Shown in pieces: positions 23,439-34,697 of a DNA stretch of 64,000 bases. Origin of the DNA: Fimicolochytrium jonesii. Lineage: Eukaryota. The notes under the pieces were generated by a model. It searched no databases, had not been told where the DNA came from, and was given only the letters and a program-made list of their open reading frames with translations. The stretch covers positions 186,001 to 250,000 of the forward strand of contig NW_026515693.1 in assembly GCF_025526975.1 (NCBI RefSeq), given 5' to 3'. How positions within the stretch are numbered: position 1 is the stretch's first letter; each line of letters begins with the position of its first letter. Both the position numbers and the translations under genes were made by a program.

Positions 23439-25530
23439 TCAATACGAAGTACCGGGAGTAAGGCGATATGTCACGGGCGTGTTACCGTCGGTTTCGTCCT
23501 TCACTCGAACCGGGGTCTTGATTCCCTCGATCAAGTCCCGGAAGAAGCCGGGGATCTTGTCGCGGGTTTCTACGAGGTCGTTTTCCGTTCCGTAGGTCTT
23601 CAGTATGTCCTCCAGGGCTGCCCCGAAGTACGTGGGTTCTAAAGAATGCGTTGGTATCAGTCTCCAAAGCGGATAAGGGCGTGAAGGAAACATGTGTCGT
23701 ACCTTTCTTTCCTTATAGGCGACCTTCGCCTCAGGAAGTACGGATTCTAGGACCGAGTCGACATGGCGTCCATATGCTTTGTTCCAGGCGCCTCGGCAAA
23801 CCTCGTGATCCGCCGAGATCCATCCTTGGAACTCGGGCCGGCTCAAAACGTGTACAGTACACACAAAGCCGTAGCCCTTGCAAATGGTGGTATGTGCTGG
23901 TACAGCAGTCGCGTTGCAAGCGAACACGTATCAATGAGACAGTCGAAAAGCAACGACGGGAGTCTGATATGTACGAGCTGCCCATCTTTTGCAGGCATTC
24001 GTCGTCATGGTCGGTGGCAAGTTTGCAAACGTATACATTTGCCCCACGGTACTCCGATCGCCTGCTGCGAATAGTCCAGGGATACCCACTGCGCCGACTG
24101 GACAAGGGCGTCATCGTCGACGCTGTCTTCGGCCGCGGAGAAGACGTCGCAGCCACTGTCCCAAAGGAAAGGAACGGACAGTTTGAGGGACTTGCGTGGG
24201 TTAGGAGCGATCGTCCCGTTGTCTTGTGTGTAACGCAAGAGGATCTCATGCGGGACGTTGGTACGTGTCGGCGAGCCTACGAGCCGAGTAGCCACCGATC
24301 GAGACCGGCGGCGAAAGGTCACAGAGGGGGGGGGAGCGGTGAGGTCGGTGATGCGATAATGGTTATCGGCACACTCGGTTCCGGCGAAGATGAAAGCCCG
24401 GGGGGTCGCTTCGCATTTGGTGCGGGCTTTACCGCTTCGTAGATTGGCTGTAGTAAAGGCGCCTTTGGATCCTTTGGGAATAACGCCCACAGCGCAGCCA
24501 TGAGGGACCGGTCTCCTCCCCCCGCGTATTGCGAATCGAATGCACGTCGTCGATGAAAGCCTGTCGTCCGGTTTGACGGTGAGCTACAGTAGGAACTAGC
24601 TTCTTCGCCGGTGCTTCTTTGTCTCCCTGCGGCAATGCCGCAGGAGTTGGCGGAGGCGGCGGTACAGCTCGAACCGGTTTGCGCCCAACCCACGTAGACG
24701 CTCGATGGCGGGTCGCGTCCACCGCCTACACTGTTGCGACTGTCCCGACAGGGTTAGGGTTGGGGCGCGACCTCGGGGGATCCTTGAACGAAACTTGTCG
24801 TGGATTCGATCCCCAAGTGGATTGAAAGGATTGCGTTGTCATACGCGCGTTCATGGGAGGTGCGACGCCGCTCATAACGCCCATGACGCCGGAGTCGGCA
24901 ACCATGTGGCGAGTTGTCATCCATCCTGCGACGAGATCCACCTGGTCGCTGGGCAGCATGTCCCATATTCCATCCGGGTCCAGAATGAGGCACTTGTCGC
25001 GGGCTGAGTTTAGTGACGAAGCGTCAGGTCGGAGGGGCACATAGGCTTTTCGTCGGAGCTGTAGACGGTCTTTCCATTTTGAAGAGGCAAGCTGTTCGTA
25101 GAAGTCCTTGGGGGCTGTCGAAGCGCGGAAAAGGTTGATGCAGAGCATTATACAGAGAATGATGCAGTGCCGGCGGAGCGAGCTACCAGTCTGGCAGGGG
25201 CGGTGGCGGTGGCGGTGATGTTTGGAGTGGTGCTGGTGGTGCTGGTGGTGCTTGTGGGAGACCTGGTGGATCCAAGAAGTCCGCCTTGTACGTGGCGATG
25301 TCGGCTTGCTCCTTGAGCACGTTGATGGCCACCCACCAGAACCCCCGGCCAGCAGCAAGGCCAAAAGCACCTTTTGTGGATGCAAATGCCACCTGCACTC
25401 GCCCACCCCGTCGCCAGATGAGAGCTAGAATCCCAAACAACCAACGACCCATCTGGGCAAGTCGCGCGGCCTATACATATGTGCAACATAGAAGGAATGT
25501 GAGCTTAGGGGCCGGGGCCTCCGTAATACA
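23439..25530 (-). mobile_element. Possible decayed LTR-retroelement remnant (short LTR, PBS, gag-like region, aspartic protease-like motif)
   Basis: Minus strand: TG...CA segment 25530-25419, 2-nt spacer, then TGGCGACGGGGTGGG (25416-25402), which resembles the complement of a tRNA-Ser 3' end. Pro-rich fragmented ORFs follow, with FLWDSG in ORF 24005-24490. No RT, integrase or second LTR seen. Confidence 0.35.
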
Positions 25531-26004
25531 GCAACAAAGCAACTGGATATATACCGATTCGCCCTTGGCTCTCGCCTCGGCCCTTGTCGATCCCGCGTCC
25601 TTCTGGTCAATGTGCTCCTTTCTTGCGCGACCCCCACAGGCAATTCGGGACGGCGACGGTAGTCTCCTGACCTTGAAGAGAAGCGATCGGAATGTGCCAC
25701 GGACACAGAAGGCCACGGTTGGGACCCCGATTAGGACATCGGAGTTTGTAATGCTCGGTTCAGCGCCATGTGCAGGCAAAAGAGCACTGATTCTTGATCT
25801 CAATGCTGAGTCTGCGCGTGCCGGAGACTTCGCTTTCAGTCTCGGGAGGGGCCACGTTGTCGTCTGGCCTGTTGAGCTGATGCCCCGGTCAGGTTCCCAC
25901 GCTTCTTATCGGCTGGTAATGGTGGTGGTGGTAGAAGAGATGTATGTCGCAGCGGGCGAATATACCGATAGCTGCAACGATGGGCTGCAACCTCCCAGTC
26001 AACC

Positions 26005-26694
26005 TCAACAGCGCCGTCTTGCGCTCCAACTCCGCCATCTCGCGGTAATCTTCAACTCCGCCATCTCGCGGTCCGAGTTAATCTTCAACTGCGCCATTAT
26101 CACCTCGTGCTCCCGTTCTTTGGCGCGCTCCTCGGCTTCGAACGCCATCTGTTTGGCATGCGTCGTAGTGATCGCTTGATTGTGCATGAAGGCGTAGTAG
26201 GATGCCAGAACCGCCTTCTCGTCGAACTTGCTCACTTTGGGTTTGCGGGTTAAGACTTTGTCAACGACACCCCCAACCACGCCAGTGCCGGCCGAGAGGA
26301 TGTCTTTCCACCCCAAGGGTCCTTCCAGTGCAAGAGAGCAACCGATAGCTGCAGCAGTGGTGGCGACGACTGCAGTCTCTTTCTTGGGCAATCTTTCGGC
26401 GAAGTATGAACCCCACGATGCTGCACGTTCCGCCGAGTACGGGGGAGGCGGGCCAGGCGGAAGTGCGTGGTCAACGTCGCCCCTGGATCGGTGCTTGATG
26501 ATGCCTCCGTGCTCTTGGGTCTTTCGAACGATTACTCCGGCAAACATGTCCTGTTGCTCACCGCATTCCTGTGAGGCATCCGGGAATTTGCTGATGATCG
26601 GAATATGCGCCGCACAGGCTTGAGTGTAACGACACCCATTAAAATGGTGGCTGACTATCGACGGAAACTTTCCGGAATAATGTCGGGCGGACAC
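26005..26694 (-). pseudogene. Uncharacterised ORF with PPPPY motif, hydrophobic segments and coiled coil; frameshifted at 3' end
   Basis: ORF translation; the EMAELK/EMAELE repeat continues in another frame near 26040. Confidence 0.4.
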
Positions 26695-26821
26695 CGACCG
26701 TGGAAGGAGGGTAGGGCTACGGCCAAAGGCGAAGACACTGTCGCAATACGTTCAGCGAACGATCCGGGCCTGGACGAGGCGTGGGTGCGTCTTAAGACGG
26801 CTCGGTGTGGGTGCGTCACGT

Positions 26822-29453
26822 TCAAAAAGGTAGCTTAGCCCGCTCGGTTTCTTTTCCGGCGACGCCAAACACCGGCACCGCGACGGCGGCGCCAGGCATT
26901 GCCGTTTGTGTGAGATCGTGCGAGACGCCGGCAGAAATAGAATTGATTTTTGGTGATGCCGGCACCAAACATTTGCCGTTTGGAGAGGCGTGCGAAGGAG
27001 CGGTAGAATTCTGAATAGTTTTCGGTGACGACGGCACCGGGGATACGTCATTTTGAAGCAGATGTGGTTGGGCCACCGTGCCCACAAGCCGGGGCTGTGG
27101 CCATCTGGAAGGCGATGGCGGCTTAGGCAACCTTGAGGGTGACGTAGATGTAAAATCCTTTTCGGGCGAAGACGGCGTTGCCCTTGGCGGTGACAGCGGT
27201 GGCGGGGACGGTGTCGCTCGGAGGATTCCAGAGGCCGTTCGCGAGGGAGAAGGTGTGAACGCAGAGGGTTTGATAGTCGTCAATTTGCGGTTGGCATCAG
27301 GACGCGAAGGTGACGGTCGCCCTTTCGTCGAGGTGTCGAACAGGTGGACCGGACTCGCCCTGCAGCTCTCGGACCTCCTCTGTCTCGCCTTCTCGGAATT
27401 GCAAGCGTTGATGGAAGCAGTCCCGTGTCATCGTTAGGGTTGCCAGTTGGCTTTCTGCCCCCGCTAGGTCAGTCACCCGATCCAGCCATCCATTTGGTGG
27501 TGGTAGTGGCTGGGATAGGGATAGCCGCTTCAATGGCATGGATGGGCATGGTCTCGAAGCCCGAAGTGGCGCCGCTGTGGAGGGTCTTGACGTTTTGCGT
27601 CACTCCATGCTGAGTCGGTATCACCGCAATCCTCCGTATCGGGCGAACGTCAGGCCGGCTTCCAGGAGTGGCCTCCGGCAGAACAAGCGGCCCAAGAAGT
27701 GTTTGTGCCCCTGGTGACAGTTTACTGTAGGGGACCCGGACGAACAGCTGGTTGCGAACCAAATGCGCCCAGCCCGCTTCGCCAACAACGATTGAAAATG
27801 TTTATACAACTGCCTTGCCGGCAGTCCTGGCGATGGTCCCTGTTTGGCGGCGGCGAGCATTCAAGTGGACGGTCTATCTCGCCTGGTATGTTAAGATTCT
27901 AGATCGCAAGCACCACTGCTTTCGGTGCGGAGAGAGCGGAAACGGGGGGCCGTGTGGATTACGTCACCATCGACGAGCTTGGCAATCTTTGTGTAAAGCA
28001 CCTCCGGGTGCTCGACGGGGGCGTGCGACCTTCCAGGGCTTGCGTCCTCGCGGTGATCATCGAGGTGGTGGTCGTTCATGGCAACGCCGATGTCTTGGAG
28101 TCGGTATCGAAAACCCGAAGCGTGCGATTGTCCTGGCATGAGGTTGGAATTCGTAGCGGTTCACTTGTAAAATCTTTAGATGCACCGTTTGTGCTGTCGG
28201 TCGTCACTGGTGGGACGGAAAGAGTCCCTAGAATGACTGGCCTCATCGTGTATGTATTGATAAGGACATGGGGGCCTTGTCAGAGGTGACGGCAAGTCAA
28301 TAGGTGATGATGGCGGAGGAGAGTTGGCTGGGGGTGGCGTTTGGCGAGGGGAATTCGAAATCCGGAATCGGATTGGTGATGCCTTCTCCTTGCAAGCGTT
28401 GATGAGCACCGAAGCGTACGTCCGGGTGCCACTAGCAAGCCCAACCATTGTAAGAAAGAACTCTGGCGAGTGGTTCGTCAATTGGGTCGGTTTGTATGTC
28501 GTGTGTAGTCCCTTTACCGTGGGGGTCAACCCAGCCGTCGCTCACTGCCGAGATTTTCGAAAGAATTCGACGTCCTGCAGAAAACTGAAGTTCTGGTTTA
28601 AGAATGAGGCGCAAGGTCGCGCAAGCGGAGTTTCTTTGCCTGGGCTTACGTCAGAGCGCGTTTTCGATGGGGTTTGACAGCACAGTCACAGTCATCACGA
28701 CAGTTTTCGACCGGTTTGGTCCCGGATTTAGACCGACAGATGTGGTCGCGAGTAAGGTTCCCCGCCGCTCCAATCTTTCGCATATCAATGATCTACGGAA
28801 AAGGGAAAAGTGCATAGGAGACGTTCGGTACGTAGGCCTGCAGCTGTCCAAGAACAAACTGAGCGTATTTTTCTGGCGAAGCATCGTAATTCTCTTGGGA
28901 CTTCCCCTACAGGCTCATCTTGGAGGCGCTCCTCTCCTCTCTGACGAACACTCATGTCGGGATACTTGCTCATAGCTTCGAACAGGGCTTGATTGGACAG
29001 GAAGAGGTTCGGCGGCGGTAATGGCGCGGCTGCCGGTGGCGAGGAGGAGGTCGTGGTCCGAGTGGCGGGCGGTCCAACTTGTTTTGGCTTTGATTGAGAG
29101 GGGGGTGCACGTAAGCTGTCGCCGGCACTTAGGGTTACCGTCGGATCGAGGAGCACCCAGTGTCGTAGTGTGCTTTTGATCACCTTCTGTTTCAGCCCAA
29201 TGCCAGTTTGCCCATGATTTGATCTTTGGTTGTCGGAAGCCGCATGGTTTCCCGTGGCGAACGGAGATCATCCTCCGTGGTCACCATCGGCGTTGTCGAG
29301 ACGCTGCATGTGTGCACCTCCAGAAATTCCTACTCCTAACTCAATCTCTAGTGGGACACATTGTCTGAGATTTCGCCAACATTTGTGCGGTACGGAGGCC
29401 ACCTTGGAAGAGACGACCGATATGGCAGGCTCCTCGAGGATTTCCTGATCCAT
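26822..29453 (-). pseudogene. Long decayed coding tract of unknown family
   Basis: Chain of abutting minus-strand ORF fragments (29453-29268, 29183-28785, 28529-28176, 28139-27891, 27762-27469, 27539-27297, 27283-26822) broken by stops and frameshifts. The first two share a frame across a TGA at 29268-29270. Confidence 0.45.
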
Positions 29454-30749
29454 TCAAATGCCAGGAATCAAGCCCCACCGATCATTCCCAGGCATGTGGA
29501 GTTATAACCCACAAGGCTGGCCCTCTTTCACGCCTTTATGACAATCCCAGCTGGCCGTCCATCGCAACGGGATTGGCGACAAGCTAGGATTGTCAAGAAG
29601 CCTCCGAGTACTACATCGAGATCCGACATCATCGAAATCCGCAAATCGATATTCTCATGGGCCGCAGACTTTGCTAGCCCTACCGATATCGACGATGTCG
29701 GAGTCATGGTTATATTTCCACAGGAACTCCATTACCGCCCCCTGCATGTCCGAGCCCGTAGGGTACATATGCCCCATCAGACGACGTCGTTGCTAGACCA
29801 ATAAAACTGCCGCTGGAATCACAAGTGACGGCGAGGTTTCCCTCCGTTTGGGTGGTTTTCTTCCGTAGCATTCCAACTTGTTGGCGTCCCGCCGCCTTGT
29901 GTCAGGCTTTTCGTCATCCAGAGAATCAAATAAGACTACGGTGTTGCGGTTATCCAAGCCTCTCGGCAGCCTCGGCAGCCATTACTACAAGTTTGACCGT
30001 CTCGAAAACCGCCATAAAGTGTTCCTTGAAGACTCGATCCTCTTCTTTCTCCGCAGAGCGTTGACCAAATCGAAGGTGGATCCCAACCCAACTATGCATT
30101 GTGCGTGTGAATACGTGGACAAGTAAGTGCATCACAACTCTCTGCATGTCGGTAGTGAACGTCTCAGACCCCGTAGTACTGTAGAACGTGCAGGCCTGTA
30201 CCGATTGAGGCGTTCAGACCAGATATATGGCGGACAGACTGCCTCCTCCCGACCCCTGGTCGAGGCCTGTTGGCCATCCTACCGTATCGGTCACTATCAG
30301 TTCTGTCTTTGCTGACGGCGGTCGTGGGTCCAGGAGTGCTGGGATATCTTACCGCCTGCGCCTTGTGATGGTAGTGAGAGAGGGTGCGGTTCCTGGGGGG
30401 ATGTCGTAGAGCGGCGGGTAGGGTTGCTCAGGTTGCTCGCTTTGTTTTCCCTCTATCAGACCTCATCGCTCACCACCCTCAACCACATAACATAACAGAG
30501 CATAGCATCCTACCCTCCCATACACCTCATACACGGCTCTTCCTTTGTCCTTGTCCGTCCAGCCTTGCCGCCAGCACCTGCCGCCCAGACCTGCCGCCGC
30601 CTGAACGGCCTTCTAGAAAAGCGGCCCAACGGCAAACACACGCGTGAGCCAAACAAACGGACAACGCCGCCAGACGACAACTAAAGCCGCCCATAACCCG
30701 CACGGCGAGGCCTGGAGGAGCAGCCGGAGACGGCACGCAGAAACGGAAG

Positions 30750-33700
30750 ATGGCAGAGACGGAAGCTAACCACCACCGCCATATCTCCATGGAGAGCTTA
30801 AGCCAGCTCGAACATGCGCCGCCAAACGGGAGTGGGAACGGGACTGCTGAGCTGGACAACAACGCGCCCAGGAACGTTGTGAACGGCGCTGGGGTTGGAG
30901 TTGGGGGTGGGGGTGTGGATGGTTTGGGGGATTTGTCTGGTGAGTAGCGGAGCCCCAGCGTTAGCGAGGGAATTGCATCGAAGGAAGGGCTCAAGAATTC
31001 CTGAGCTTCGTGAGCGAAGCGAACGGCGCCGCGACGAGCCATGCAAGCGAGGGTGGTTGTACTGCAACGAGTGAAGGGAGCGGGGTTCGTTCGGTGTCTG
31101 GGAGACCGACCGCGAGCGAGGGGAGAGAGCTACAATGCGCCAAAGGCGCAATACTCCCCTCACGACGGCACTTAGCAAGCCTCGGCGAGCGTCAGATCTT
31201 TTGCGAGCGAAGCGAGCACCACCTTGCGCCAAGGGCGCAATTTCCCCTCACATCGTTTGTGGGGTGATGAAGGACACCGAACGGTTGTTCTTTCACACAC
31301 GCATGCATCGTGCTTGAGGATGGTTGATGGTTGATGGCTGATGGCTGATGGGTTGATGATGGATCGGTAGTTCATTCAGCCATCCATCACTCAACATCCC
31401 TTGTCGCGAGATCATTGAACTCACACACGTACTTGGATTTCATACACTTCGCAGGCCTCCTACCGCAACGCAAAACAAAAACATCCCCCATCGCCATCGA
31501 CACATCCCAATCCCGCCCCCAACAACAAAGCAGCCCAGACACATCCCAACCCGATTCCCGGACAACCTCCGCCACCTCCAACGCCCCCGGCTCCCCCACC
31601 TTCTCCCACGCCTCCTCCCCCTCCTCCGCCGCCACCGCCCACGACATGTTCAACCGCCGCTCCTCCCACGCCAAATCCTACTCCGACGCACAGATCTTCC
31701 GCCCGAGCCTGCCGACACGGAACAAAACGGTCCCGACGGGGTTTTCGACGGTCACTCCGTCACGGCCGGCATTCTCGACCGCCAAACCGAGACGGCCGTC
31801 GTCTTCGGGGACAGGTGGGATGGGTGGTAGTGGGAGTTCAGTGCACCATCGGAGTTTCTCAGAGTTGGTCGGAGCCCCGGGCCCGGGGTCTGCACCTGCC
31901 AGTGGGGGCCGGTCACCGCAGATGTTACGAAAACAATCCGTGAATGTGTATGCTGATAACGGCGCGGACGGGTCTGGTGATTTCGCGCCCGTTTCAGGTA
32001 CAGGAACAGGCCGAATCCGCCGCCCCTCGTTGCAATCCTTTGACTCAACCCCCTCGACACCGACGCTTGGCGGGGAAGGCCACGACGACGAATCCTTCTT
32101 TGTTCTCGACAAACTGGAAGAGGATAAAGAAGCTGAGGCCGTCACCTCTGGGGTCTCGAACGCAAATAGCCCCGTCGGCAGCACTGAGGTGAAGGAGGAG
32201 ACGAAGAAGGGATGGGGATTTAGTCCTGCGTCGTATTTGCAGGCCAGCTTTCAGGCGGTTAGGGAGTCGATGTTGGGGGATGGGGCGGGACAAGGACAAG
32301 GACAAGGGCAGGGTGCGGGTGGGGCGGTGACGCAGGGGCCGAAGACGGAGGAGGCGGCGGCGGTGGCGGCGGCTGTTGAGACTGATTGGGGTGCGTTACA
32401 CTCACTTACTTCATGGATGTCGTGAATGGGGAACCTAGCGACCTCTAACACTCTGATCTTGTACAGAATTCTGGGGAAAGCTGATGAACGATTACGAAAA
32501 CACCGTGCGGAGACGTACGTACACCCTTCACACCTCTGATTCAATCTTCCCCACCCCCAACCAACTCCCCTCTCTATCTTTCCCAAAACAGACCCCCGAA
32601 CATTCACCCGTAAACTCCACCTCGGCATCCCCGACTCCCTCCGCGGCATGGTCTGGCAACTCATCTGCAAAGGAAAAGACCCCGACCTCGAAAACCAATA
32701 CGCTACCCTCCTCACCCGCACCTCGATCCACGAAAAAGTCATCCAGCGCGACCTGGCCCGCACCTTCCCGAAACACGAGCGGTTTGTGGAAGTCGGGGGG
32801 CCAGGGCAGGAGAGTTTGTTCAATATCATCAAGGCGTATAGTCTTTTTGATACGGAGATTGGGTATTGTCAGGGGATTGCGTTTGTCGTTGGGGCTATTT
32901 TGTTGAATGTAGGTGATTCTCTCCCGCTCTCGAGCCCGAATTGCACTCTTGTTCCTTCGCGGTCAACACTCAGTATCTCTCTCTTGAATTTATGCAGATG
33001 CCCGACGAAGAATCCTTCTGCGTCCTCGTCCGCCTCATGCGCACCTACAACCTGCGCGACCTGTACACGCCCAAAATGATCGGGCTCCAGCTCCGCCTGT
33101 ACCAATTCGACGAGCTCCTCATCGAGCACCTCCCGCCCGTGTTCCGGCACCTCGAGACGCACGAAGTGAAATCCAACATGTACGCCTCGCAATGGTTCAT
33201 GACGATGTTTGCGTACCGGTTCCCGCTCGCGTGCGTGTTTCGGATCATGGACGTGATGTTTGCAGAGGGTGTGGACGCGATGCTGAAGTTTGCGTTGGCG
33301 CTGGTGAAGAAGAACTCGGACAAGATCCTCGCGCTGACCGAATTCGAGCAACTCCTCGAGTTTCTCAAGAACGGGCTGTTTGACGCGTACGCGGACAACA
33401 TCGACCAGTTCGTCGCGGACGCGGTGGCGATCAAGATCTCCAAGACGCGGCTGGACAAACTCGCGGCGGACCACGCGGAGGCGGTGCGGTTGGCGGGGCC
33501 CGAGCACATGGAGCTTGAGGCGTTGCGCGCGGAGGCGAGGCGGATGAACGAGACGATCCGGAGGATGGAGATGGAGTACGAGATTCTGAACCGCGAGCAT
33601 GTCACGCTGGCCAATCGGCTATTGGACCAGACCGTGCGCGCGGACAACCTCCAGACGCTCGCGACGACCCTCCAGGCGCGTGTCGCGGTGCTCGAGACGC

Positions 33701-33930
33701 GGGAGGCGGACGTGGCGGCGTTGGCGGAGGAGCGGGTGCATGGGGAGATGCAGCGGCTGGCGCAGAAGAATCTGGAGCTGACGAGCCGGAACGTGGAGCT
33801 GGAGGAGCAGGTGGATGGGTTGATGGGGGGGGTGAGGGAGGCGAAGGAGGGGTGGGCCGAGTGTGAGAATGAGAGGGCGGAGTTGGAGAGGAGGTGGGAG
33901 GGGTTAAGGAGGGTCGTTGGGGGTGGGTGA
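30750..33930 (+). CDS. Rab-GAP TBC-domain protein with C-terminal coiled coil (Gyp5/Evi5-like), spliced
   Basis: GIPDSLRGMVWQL, IQRDLARTFP, GYCQGIAF, YASQWFMTMFAYRFP and a coiled-coil tail. Intron 1 at 30940-31454. Confidence 0.93.
31131..31242 (+). repeat. Dispersed structured intronic element, copy 1
   Basis: Hairpin TGCGCCAAAGGCGCA followed by AGCCTCGGCGAGCGTCAGATCTTT and GCGAGCGAAGCGAGC; second hairpin TTGCGCCAAGGGCGCAA near 31224. Homologous to 37351-37437. Confidence 0.8.
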
Positions 33931-34533
33931 GGGACCTGGAAGGGACGGGCTTTGGAGTGTCCCTGGTGGACCCTTACCAAAGTCACAACGCCCGTCCCCC
34001 TGGTCACACGCCACACCCTCGACAAGGAACGTCCTCGGCACCCCCATCCCAACGTTCATCACGCCCTCACCGCCTCCGCCGCTTCACATCCGTCCCCTAC
34101 CCTTCGCCACGGCCCACCCCACCTCACCACCGCCCAAAACCGCCCTCAAGCCCAACCCCGCATCACATCCCATTCCCGCGCACCTCATCCCTTCCCAAGA
34201 CAGACACTTTCTATGTTACAATGACTTCCTTTTGAATCCCCGGCATACCCCCGTACTCTCCATCTATGACCCCTCCGAGTTTGTATATACCGTTATTGGG
34301 GGTGGATATTACAGAGACATCCCTCTTTTTAGTATGTTGGGTTGTTTTCGGATGGACGGTGGGTGGATCCGAACGCTGCGTGGTTACTGTACGTTGCCAG
34401 TTTTCTCGGCCTGTTTCAGAACCCAGTGTCGAGAAAAAACGTAGAAAGCAAAAAAAAAAAGAAAGTGTCATTCGACAAGGGGGCCAAAAAAGAAAACACA
34501 AAACTAGAAATCAAAGGGACAAAAACAAAAAAT

Positions 34534-34556
34534 GGGGGGGGGGGGGGGGGGGGGGG
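34534..34556 (+). repeat. G23 homopolymer
   Basis: Run of 23 G between convergent genes; another run (G16) at 38826-38841. Confidence 0.9.
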
Positions 34557-34697
34557 AGAAGTCCGGGGGAGGGGTGGGGATGTAGAGTCCGGGTCTGTCT
34601 CTCCGACTCGGGCGGCTTCCAAAAAGCGAAAGCGGCTCGTTCAGATCTCCAAACCGCTCGTCCCCTCCTTCGCTTTCCCCACCGACCGGGGGCATCA

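Noticed and set aside
22918..23595. Plus-strand ORFs with RGVPPFL/ARGASFS repeats as real genes
   Set aside because: They are open only because the repeat lacks stops; flanking coding relics are on the minus strand.
24749..24820. GGGTTAGGGTT telomere seed and GGATTCGATCCC tRNA T-arm-like motif
   Set aside because: Under two telomere units (encodes PNPNP on the minus strand), and no cloverleaf can be built.
25286..26179. 297-aa plus-strand ORF
   Set aside because: No motifs, and it overlaps more protein-like minus-strand relics.
31318..31365. GATGG(T/C)T short tandem run in TBC intron 1
   Set aside because: Ordinary degenerate microsatellite.
32869..34052. Long minus-strand ORFs (243 and 335 aa)
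   Set aside because: Antisense shadows of the GC-rich TBC exon.
34440..34560. A-rich tracts and G23 run as a retroposon tail or G-quadruplex element
   Set aside because: No target duplication or element body; consistent with low-complexity 3' UTR/intergenic sequence.
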